Shown here piece by piece: positions 10,147 to 17,571 of a stretch of DNA of 64,000 nt. The stretch comes from Longimicrobiales bacterium (lineage in GTDB: Bacteria; Gemmatimonadota; Gemmatimonadetes; Longimicrobiales; Gaopeijiaceae). A model generated the notes under the pieces. The model searched no databases and had not been told where the DNA came from. It saw only the letters and a list, made by a program, of their open reading frames with translations. The stretch covers positions 864,001-928,000 of the forward strand of contig CBDCNQ010000005.1 of assembly GCA_965219445.1 (NCBI GenBank). Reading direction: 5' to 3'. Position numbers and translations under genes: made by a program. Position 1 is the first letter of the stretch; each line of letters starts with the position of its first letter.

Positions 10147-10845
10147 TTACGTCAAGCCATGTATGCCGCATTCCAGACGTTCGCTCCCCCTCCACCGGCC
10201 AGCCCGCTCATGCTCTTCCTCGGAAACGGGCGTGGTCAGAGGTTGGTCGCCAAGGCTCAGGTAGCCCATGTCGTGGAGCGGGTTATACGGCACGTCGTTT
10301 GCGCGGAGAAACAACCAAACCTCGTCGGCCGACCAAGAGGCCACAGGATTGACCTTGATGCGATCCCCAATCTGCACATGGGCGAGATCGGCTCGGCTCG
10401 CCGACTGGTCGCGGCGGCGCCCGGTGATCCATCCTTCCACACCATCGAGGGCCCGTTTCATGGGCTCGACCCGCGTGAGTCGATGAAAGAGCTCCAGGTC
10501 ACGTTGCCACAACCGCTCCCCGTACTTCTCCTCGAACGCCGCGCGCGACTCAGCGGGCCGATAGACGCGTACGTCGAGGCCATAGTGTGCCTTCACACGC
10601 TCGGCATGCTCGAGTGTCTCCGGGAAGTGGTACAGCGTATCCACGAATGCGACGGGCACCTGCGGGGCGATCTCGGCGAGGAGATGAAGATTCACCATCC
10701 CCGTGGAGCCGAACGAAGACGCCACAATCAGCCGCCCGGGCGTTACGGTTTCGACGGCCCAACGAATGGCGTCCGAAGGATGTGCTCCCTCGAGCCAGTC
10801 GTTGATCCGTCTCACGTCTTCGGTGCCGGCTGTCGCCGCAGTCAT
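10147..10845 (-). CDS. cysH: Phospho-adenylyl-sulfate (PAPS/APS) reductase
   Basis: SSFG, DTLYHFPET, WITGRRRDQS, RAGRW and C-terminal ECGIH. Start at ATG 10845 lies downstream of the attenuator terminator. Confidence 0.92.
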   Translation of the reverse strand: MTAATAGTEDVRRINDWLEGAHPSDAIRWAVETVTPGRLIVASSFGSTGMVNLHLLAEIAPQVPVAFVDTLYHFPETLEHAERVKAHYGLDVRVYRPAESRAAFEEKYGERLWQRDLELFHRLTRVEPMKRALDGVEGWITGRRRDQSASRADLAHVQIGDRIKVNPVASWSADEVWLFLRANDVPYNPLHDMGYLSLGDQPLTTPVSEEEHERAGRWRGSERLECGIHGLT

Positions 10846-10897
10846 CTGCTGCCTTCCGATTTCAAATTCAACATGCTTTTCTTCCACCGTGCGACCC

Positions 10898-10930
10898 AAA
10901 AAAAAGCCGCAACCCTCGAGGGGCCGCGGC
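10898..10930 (-). terminator. Intrinsic (attenuator) terminator in the cysH leader
   Basis: Minus strand GCCGCGGCCC-CTCGA-GGGTTGCGGC followed by U8, upstream of cysH in the same orientation. Confidence 0.85.
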
Positions 10931-10954
10931 GTTCGCATGAGTCTTCGTTTCTTG

Positions 10955-11041
10955 TCAACGACTCGTCGGAACGTGCCCCTCTCTAGGCGTGACCGTACAA
11001 CAACAACAACAGCAACAACACATGGCCATCCGTGGAGTCAT
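10955..11041 (-). CDS. Polycysteine leader peptide 2 (MTPRMAMCCCCCCCCTVTPREGHVPTSR)
   Basis: Eight consecutive TGT/TGC codons, a GAGGTG Shine-Dalgarno-like sequence upstream, and a terminator before cysH. Confidence 0.85.
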   Translation of the reverse strand: MTPRMAMCCCCCCCCTVTPREGHVPTSR

Positions 11042-11126
11042 CTCGAACACCTCGAGAAATTCATGGAACCGCACGCTTCGGATACCTCTTCCTAAGTTTC
11101 CGTTCCCGGTCCTACCCGGTTCGAAC

Positions 11127-11160
11127 AAAAAAGGCCCTCGGGAGAACCCGGTGGCCTTTT
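11127..11160 (-). terminator. Second intrinsic terminator after leader peptide 1 (A/U tracts on both sides)
   Basis: Minus strand AAAAGGCCACCGGG-TTCT-CCCGAGGGCCTTTTTT. Confidence 0.75.
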
Positions 11161-11181
11161 GATCCTGGAAACGATACCCAC

Positions 11182-11209
11182 AAAAAAGCCACCGAATGTC
11201 TCCGGTGGC
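11182..11209 (-). terminator. First intrinsic terminator after leader peptide 1
   Basis: Minus strand GCCACCGGA-GACA-TTCGGTGGC-TTTTTT. Confidence 0.8.
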
Positions 11210-11237
11210 GTTTCAGGGAATCTTGTCGTGTGTATGC

Positions 11238-11309
11238 CTATACGACGTCTCCCCGACACCCCACCGGGCTCGGACAAGAACATCGGCAACAACACCTCTT
11301 GAGCATCAT
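11238..11309 (-). CDS. Cysteine-rich leader peptide 1 (MMLKRCCCRCSCPSPVGCRGDVV)
   Basis: 23-codon ORF with 6 Cys and AAGGA upstream. Its CCCGGTGG is complementary to the 5' arms of both downstream terminators. Confidence 0.78.
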   Translation of the reverse strand: MMLKRCCCRCSCPSPVGCRGDVV

Positions 11310-11573
11310 GACATGCGTCCTTTTACAACACATCCGCTTTGTCACGCATCTTTCTAAAGAACAACGCTAATCGCCTGAAGCGCCCTGTCAAGGGAGGAGC
11401 CAACAAGGGCTTCCCTGGCGACTCGTGCACGTTCCACCCATAATGGCGCCACGGCAACGCCGATGGCGCACCGCCGCGGAGGTAAGACACGATGTTCTTG
11501 GGGGTGTGTTGACGATCTTCGGCCCGAATTTCGTAGGCGGCTATCGAGTCCCGCACGGGGGGATCCGGTAGCC

Positions 11574-12992
11574 ATGCCCGACGGGGCCCTGACATCAGGA
11601 AAACCGTTCGACCGCTCGATCGTCGAGGGCCCTATCCCCGGTGTGGTCTGGAAGCTCGCCTGGCCGACCATGCTTCAGAACGTTCTCGGCGGGCTCCAGG
11701 GCATCGTGGACCACGCCATGGTCGGACACTTCGTTGGCTACACCGGGAACGCCGCCATTGGGGTCGCCTGGCAAATCTTCCTAGTCGTAATGGTGTTCAT
11801 CAGCTCCCTCTTCACCGGCATGGGCGTTCTGGTCGCTCGGTTTGTGGGGGCCCACGAGCCGGACAAGGTGAACCGGACCGTATATCAGGCGTTCTTCACT
11901 GCCGCGGTCATGTCAATCGGGATCCTGGCTCCACTCGGGTATTTCCTCTCGCCGTGGCTTCTCGGACTCGTGAACGCCGCCCCCGACGTACAAGCGGAGG
12001 CCCTCCTGTATCTCCGCATCATGTTCGTGTTCAGCTTCGGCATGATCGTCTACTTCATGGTCGGAGGTGCACTCCGATCCGCAGGGGACGCACGCACGCC
12101 GCTCCGTCTCGGCATCATGCTCACTACGCTCAACATCACCCTGAACGTCATTCTCATTCCGGGGTTGGGACCGATCCCGGCGTTCGGCACCACCGGAGCG
12201 GCCATGGGCACCGTGATCGCGGGGGGCCTGATGGCGGCCATCTCCATCTACCTATTGTTCGCCGGAAAATGGGTCGTGGGCTTTCGCCGCGGCATGGACT
12301 GGAGGCCGGACTTCGGGATCATTCGTGAGCTGTTCCGTTTCGGGATTCCAACAGGTCTGCAAGGTGTGGCGATGAACGTCGGAGGGGTCATGCTCCTCGC
12401 GTACATCGGATCGCTACCCCAGAGCGGTGAGGCCCAGGCTGCTTATGTGATCAGTTATACCCAACTCTTCTCGATGATCACCTGGACGTCGGCGGGCCTG
12501 CTGGGTGCCACTGCGGCGATCTCCGGACAGAACCTGGGCGCCGGACGACCGGAGCGCACGATCCACGCGGTGCACGTGGCCTCTTGGCTCGGGCTGGGGG
12601 TTGCCTCGACTGTCGGCGTTCTCTTCCTCGCGATACCGCGCGTTCTCCTCGGGTTCTTCGGTGTGGAAGATCCGCTCGTCGCTCAAATGGCCGTCCGTCT
12701 GCTCTCGATCTTGAGCGCCTCCGGCCTGTTCATCACCGTCGCGTTGGCCTACACCGGAGGGCTTCAGGGAACAGGAGACACGCGGAGTCCATTTTACATA
12801 TCACTCGTCTCGCAGCTCATCATCCCGATCGGCATCTGTGCGGTCCTTCAGGCGGCCGGGATACTCCAGGCGACGTACATCTGGCTTGCCATCCTCATGG
12901 GGCACATGACTCGATGCGGGCTCACCGTTGTCCGTTTCCGGCAGGGAAAGTGGCGTGAAATCAAGGTGAGCATCGAGCCGGCCCGGTCGTGA
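11574..12992 (+). CDS. MATE family efflux transporter
   Basis: KLAWPTML, VDHAMVGH, LRSAGDARTPL, GQNLGAG, LQGTGDTRSP; multiple TM segments. Start inferred. Confidence 0.9.
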   Translation: MPDGALTSGKPFDRSIVEGPIPGVVWKLAWPTMLQNVLGGLQGIVDHAMVGHFVGYTGNAAIGVAWQIFLVVMVFISSLFTGMGVLVARFVGAHEPDKVNRTVYQAFFTAAVMSIGILAPLGYFLSPWLLGLVNAAPDVQAEALLYLRIMFVFSFGMIVYFMVGGALRSAGDARTPLRLGIMLTTLNITLNVILIPGLGPIPAFGTTGAAMGTVIAGGLMAAISIYLLFAGKWVVGFRRGMDWRPDFGIIRELFRFGIPTGLQGVAMNVGGVMLLAYIGSLPQSGEAQAAYVISYTQLFSMITWTSAGLLGATAAISGQNLGAGRPERTIHAVHVASWLGLGVASTVGVLFLAIPRVLLGFFGVEDPLVAQMAVRLLSILSASGLFITVALAYTGGLQGTGDTRSPFYISLVSQLIIPIGICAVLQAAGILQATYIWLAILMGHMTRCGLTVVRFRQGKWREIKVSIEPARS

Positions 12993-13028
12993 TCTGCAGA
13001 CCAAGATCAGCAGGTAACGGGGTACCGT

Positions 13029-15446
13029 CTAGAACACAGGCCTCTGGATCGGCCGTAATAGAAAGAGCCCTTCCTGCGTGCTGCTCACGACGACCGTTCC
13101 GCTCTCAAAAAACGGATAGGCCGTCCACGCACCCGACATCGTCGGCGGATTCCCGTCATATGGAGTCGTGTCGAAGAAGCCGACCTCTTCGGGACGCTCC
13201 GGATCGCTGATGTCCAGAACGCGCAGGCCAGCCTGGTAGTTGGCCTGGTACATCCGGTCCCCCTTGATGTACAGGTTGTGATCCGTCGCTGTCGTGGACC
13301 CGAAGTGCTCGGCCACGAGGACCGGGTCATCCAACTCGGCGATGTCCCAAATGAGCGTGCGGGTACGCTCGGCCAGGCCCGTGAGCTCGTCGAGCTCGTC
13401 GTTCATGTAGTAGTAGCGGTGATCTTCGGTCAGCCAGCCTTGGTGGATGTAGGCCATCCCCGGATATGTGGCCGAAGCGATCGGCTCCGGATCGTCCTTT
13501 TCGGTGAGGTCGACGATCCGAAGTGCGGTCTCGTTGGAGGCGAAGCAAATCTGGCGGCCCCGAAAATCGCCATCTGGCCCACTGTACTCCACACACTGAG
13601 CGTCGTGCGTCCGGCCGGCCCACACGAGGCCCTCCGTATCGGTGTAGCAGCCCACGAACGTGGGCGTGACCGGGTCCCGGATGTCGATCATGTGCAAACC
13701 GCCTCCACACGTGTCACCCCCACCCGAGGCACCGACGGGAAACGCGAATCCACTCTGCGTATCGATGACGAGATTATGGGCGGTGGCGATGCCATCGTAT
13801 CGAGTGTCTGGCGCAAGGGTCACCGGAACGGCCCGCACGTTCCTGAGTCTTCGGAGGTCGAACACGGGCATCCCCGTCTCGCCGGCTCCGATGAAGAAGG
13901 CGTGGTCCGCATAGACCTTGATGTCCTGGGCCGTGCCACCCTCCGCAGCCAACAGACCGACATATACGGGTAGAGAGGGGTCAGTGACCTCGACGACGGA
14001 GGCCCCGCCGGTACGCGCGACCAGGGCATACTCGCGTTCGGTCTGCGGATCCGTCCATCCCCACACGTCGGTGATGCCGTTGGCAAGACTCCGACTGCCC
14101 GGCGAAAGGCCCAACTCGGAGAGGGGAAGGAAGGCGAGCAGATCCACATCGTTACACTCGAACTGATCGGCCTGCCCGTCGGTGCAGGTCACTTCCCCAC
14201 CCGTGATCGTCGAAAGCTCTGTGGGAAGACTCAGCCAATCACCCTCGCCCCACCGCCCATTGGGCGGCCGCGAAAAGACGGCGGCGCGGCCCCTTCCACC
14301 ATCGGCACCTGGAGCGCCCGCGACCGCCGTGTTGCGGCCAATCGCCACCGTCGAGCCGAGAGCGAAGCCCGACTCGCCATTCCCCACCGAAAAAATCTCG
14401 ACGGCCTGCCAGATGTCCCCACTGCGGTTCCGTACGAACCGGTGAACCCCACCCCGACCCTCATCGGTCCCGGGCACCCCAACCAGCAACTCATTCTCTC
14501 GAAACGCGAGAGAAAACCCGAAGCGATCGCCGATCGTACGCACTCTCGGCGCTATGCGATCCTGCTCGGTCCACCTTTGGCGTGCCTCGTCCCATGTGTA
14601 CTCGACGACGATGCCGCGTGATTCGGCCGTTCCGGGGTGGCCGATCAGCAGGGCGTCCCCATCGATCGCGACCGCAGCCCCAAAGTCGCTGTTAGGAAAC
14701 GGGCTGGGAGCCGAGATGAGCGCGTCCTCCATCCATTCGCCCGAGGCGGGATCGCGTGAAAAGACGTATGCCGCGCCCGATATCCCATGCCGGGGTGCGC
14801 CCACGATCGCCTCATCGCCCCGAATCATAAGTGACGCACCGAACTCGTCGCCTCCCTCTGGCTCCGAACGTTCCAGTCGAGCCCGCTCTGTCCACAAGCC
14901 GGAGTCGAGGTTTCGTGAAAAGACCCTCACGTCGCCGAGCCCGCCCATCGCAGCCACGAGCGCCTGGTCACCATCGGTGTCGACGGCCCGAAGTGGAGGC
15001 CGGAGAATCTCCACAAGGGCCGCATAATCCCATTGGGTCGGAGCACCGGCCACATCCGCCACGACGGAGAGGCTCTGCATTCTTATCCATGAGCCCCGGG
15101 CGTTGCGCTGGAACACATGCGCGCCCCACCGCTCATCGGCGTCGCCGGCCGCTACGAAGAGCAGGTCTCCCGAAACGGCGATGGACGGGCTCAGACCCTC
15201 ACCGCTCGACGCACTCCCCTCCGCACCAAGCTGATCCACGATCTGCCAAGCGCCACCGAGGTCCCTAGCGTAAACGAGGGCTGCTCCCGGTCCCTGTCCG
15301 TACGTGGGCTTGAGGACGAGGACATCATCGCCGACGACCTCGACCGCACTTCCGAATCCACCTTGGGCGGTGAGCGAATTGAAAACGATGGCCGGAAGTA
15401 GAACCGCAAGGAAAGCAGGGAGGGACGTCATAGTTATACGATTCAT
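13029..15446 (-). CDS. Secreted protein with FG-GAP repeats and choice-of-anchor B / LVIVD-type domain
   Basis: FGxxVA..GD..LVGAP repeats, then DVWGW, AHNL, THDAQC, IHQGWL, DHNLY, AWTAYPFF. Start inferred. Confidence 0.85.
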   Translation of the reverse strand: MNRITMTSLPAFLAVLLPAIVFNSLTAQGGFGSAVEVVGDDVLVLKPTYGQGPGAALVYARDLGGAWQIVDQLGAEGSASSGEGLSPSIAVSGDLLFVAAGDADERWGAHVFQRNARGSWIRMQSLSVVADVAGAPTQWDYAALVEILRPPLRAVDTDGDQALVAAMGGLGDVRVFSRNLDSGLWTERARLERSEPEGGDEFGASLMIRGDEAIVGAPRHGISGAAYVFSRDPASGEWMEDALISAPSPFPNSDFGAAVAIDGDALLIGHPGTAESRGIVVEYTWDEARQRWTEQDRIAPRVRTIGDRFGFSLAFRENELLVGVPGTDEGRGGVHRFVRNRSGDIWQAVEIFSVGNGESGFALGSTVAIGRNTAVAGAPGADGGRGRAAVFSRPPNGRWGEGDWLSLPTELSTITGGEVTCTDGQADQFECNDVDLLAFLPLSELGLSPGSRSLANGITDVWGWTDPQTEREYALVARTGGASVVEVTDPSLPVYVGLLAAEGGTAQDIKVYADHAFFIGAGETGMPVFDLRRLRNVRAVPVTLAPDTRYDGIATAHNLVIDTQSGFAFPVGASGGGDTCGGGLHMIDIRDPVTPTFVGCYTDTEGLVWAGRTHDAQCVEYSGPDGDFRGRQICFASNETALRIVDLTEKDDPEPIASATYPGMAYIHQGWLTEDHRYYYMNDELDELTGLAERTRTLIWDIAELDDPVLVAEHFGSTTATDHNLYIKGDRMYQANYQAGLRVLDISDPERPEEVGFFDTTPYDGNPPTMSGAWTAYPFFESGTVVVSSTQEGLFLLRPIQRPVF

Positions 15447-15521
15447 CCGATTCCGGGCCAAACGCTTCAGGATCTTTCGCCAAAAGCGGGGACGGGGAGC
15501 ATCATGGTGGTCCGTCGACCA

Positions 15522-15562
15522 CTCTAGCCGATGAACACCAACTCCTCTAGCCGATGAACACC
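15522..15562. repeat. 18-bp direct repeat x2 (CTCTAGCCGATGAACACC)
   Basis: Identical copies at 15522-15539 and 15545-15562. Confidence 0.9.
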
Positions 15563-15640
15563 GACTGCACTGACCTGTATATTCCGCGGGAGACTGAAAA
15601 GTGCCCCCGGGGTCTATTGCACTATCGAGTCGCATGCGGC

Positions 15641-15690
15641 AATGTCGTGACCGGGAACCGAGGGGTAATGTCGTGACCGGGAACCGAGGG
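15641..15690. repeat. 24-bp direct repeat x2 (AATGTCGTGACCGGGAACCGAGGG)
   Basis: Identical copies at 15641-15664 and 15667-15690. Confidence 0.9.
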
Positions 15691-15760
15691 ATGGCGTAGG
15701 GGATTGCGCTTCTCGGGCGAAAGTGACCCGGGAATCGACACTGTCGAGGAGGACCGTCGA

Positions 15761-16399
15761 ATGGACGAAGGCCGAAGCGGTGTCATGAAGGCGATGGCTA
15801 TTTTGGGCGTCGCGGTCGTGGTGGCCCTAGGAACGTGGCTCGCCATGGGGTCCGAGTCCGAAACCCGGCTCGGGCCGCACGACGGTCTGGACCTCCCTGC
15901 GGTAGACACGGGAAGAGTAGCGGTCGGCGATATCGCCCCGGACTTCTCGCTGATGACCTACGCGGGCACGGTGACGACCCTCTCGGACTTCCGTGGTGAG
16001 AAGAACGTCGTCCTCCAATTCTACCGAGGGTACTGGTGACCGTTTTGCGCCCGTCAGTTCGGCGAACTGAGCGACCTCCTGTCTGAGGAGCAGAAAGACA
16101 ATACGGAGCTCATGGCCCTATCGGTGGATGAACGTGAGGAGCAACAATTGATGATCGACCGGGTCGCGGAAGAGTATGGGGCGCAAATCGACTTCACGCT
16201 GCTCGCCGACCCGGACAACGCCGTCATCGATCGTTACGGGGTCTTCAACCCCGATGATTCTCGGAGACGTGCGATCCCGCATCCCACCACTTTGGTTATA
16301 GACAAACAGGGCGTCGTGCGCTGGAAGTTCATCGAGATCAACTTCCGGATCCGGCCCACGAACGAAGACATCCTGGCGGCGCTGGCGGAATTGGATTAG
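15761..16399 (+). CDS. Peroxiredoxin-like (AhpC/TSA) selenoprotein with UxxC motif and N-terminal membrane anchor
   Basis: ORFs 15704-16039 and 16112-16399 are in frame. Readthrough of TGA 16037-16039 gives APDFSL...FYRGYW-U-PFCARQFGEL...HPTTLVIDKQGVVRW. GAGGAGG RBS precedes ATG 15761. Confidence 0.85.
16040..16075 (+). promoter_or_regulatory. Putative bacterial SECIS hairpin
   Basis: TCAGTTC-GGC-GAACTGA stem-loop (16054-16070); the apical loop starts with G about 22 nt after the UGA. Confidence 0.65.
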
Positions 16400-16441
16400 C
16401 CCCGGCTCCCCGCCTCCGGCTTCAGCGCCCCGCCTCCGCCT

Positions 16442-17524
16442 TCAGCTTCCCGCCTCCACCGAGGTGAAGACGATGGCGAAGGGGCAGATGCCGACCGGAA
16501 TGGCAACGTCGACCTCGAACACGTCGTCGTGCCGGTTGGCCGTGGAGGGGTTCACGCAATCGGGCGTCAGTGTGTAGAGCCTCCCCGCATCGTCGAATCC
16601 GACGCCTGAAGTGCTGGGAACGCCGCCGGGCGCCAAGGCCTCCGCCGGTCCACGGATGAAGGCGTCCAGGCTGGTATCCCAAACCGCAACACCATACGAG
16701 AACGACCCAACGAAGGCCCTGGCGGAAGGGCCCAGCGCCAGGCTCCCAGGGAACTCACCGAACCCGGTGTGGTTCGCCACCTCGGTCAGCCCCACCAGAT
16801 CCACCACGGAGAGGGACCCGTTCGCCGACGCAAACGACCCCGAGGCCACGATGTAGAGCCGCCCGTCAGGGCCGACGCCGCCCGCGGCCGCGTTCTCTCC
16901 GCTCAGGATCACGGTGGAAGTAACCTGGAGACTCTCGATGTCGATGACGGAGACGGTCGATGGTCCATCGGGGACAAACGCCTCGAGCTCAGCGTTCAAC
17001 ACGAAGGCCCGCCCGCCCTCGACCACGACCGCCTGTGGAAATCGGCCTACGGCGATGTCACTCCCACGGGTGCCTGCCAGAACGTTGATCGGCGTGACCG
17101 AATTCAGACTGGGATTCGCGGCCAGTACGATGGAATCGTTCAGGAACGCGGCGCCCGTCGCGCCGGATCCCTGGGGGAGCCGGACCGTCCGGACCAACAG
17201 CCCCTCCTTCAGATCAACGACCGCAACAGCCGGCACGACGCCGAGCGGAACGGCCGCGAGACTTCCCCTCACGGCCAAGGTGACGGGGCTGCCGTCTGGA
17301 CCGAGGCCGACGGTCCGAGTCTGCCCCGGGTTCTCGACCTCGAAAATCGTGAGGCTCAGATCCGTGCTCGACAGTATTACACCCACTTCGGCGTTCTCGG
17401 GCGGCAGCGACTCCGTGCCGCCGTCGGCGCAGGCCGCCACGAGCAGAGCCCCTATGAGCGGCGCGCTCGTTGCCCATCCCCCCCGGGACAGCGTACCTCT
17501 CGAAACACGTCCTTCATCCTTCAT
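16442..17524 (-). CDS. YncE-like beta-propeller lipoprotein, candidate cobalamin-binding partner of the TonB receptor
   Basis: LLVAAC lipobox and repeated 'I.VG..P..V' blades; downstream of the riboswitch-controlled receptor. Confidence 0.75.
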   Translation of the reverse strand: MKDEGRVSRGTLSRGGWATSAPLIGALLVAACADGGTESLPPENAEVGVILSSTDLSLTIFEVENPGQTRTVGLGPDGSPVTLAVRGSLAAVPLGVVPAVAVVDLKEGLLVRTVRLPQGSGATGAAFLNDSIVLAANPSLNSVTPINVLAGTRGSDIAVGRFPQAVVVEGGRAFVLNAELEAFVPDGPSTVSVIDIESLQVTSTVILSGENAAAGGVGPDGRLYIVASGSFASANGSLSVVDLVGLTEVANHTGFGEFPGSLALGPSARAFVGSFSYGVAVWDTSLDAFIRGPAEALAPGGVPSTSGVGFDDAGRLYTLTPDCVNPSTANRHDDVFEVDVAIPVGICPFAIVFTSVEAGS

Positions 17525-17571
17525 TTCAGGTTTTCCGCTAAAGTGATCAGGTCAGGTTCTCCGGTAAGTGA

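Noticed and set aside
10846..10938. Longer cysH start at 10938
   Set aside because: It runs through the attenuator terminator; ATG 10845 fits better.
15522..15690. Mini CRISPR array
   Set aside because: Only two copies per repeat, 2-5 nt spacers, and no cas genes.
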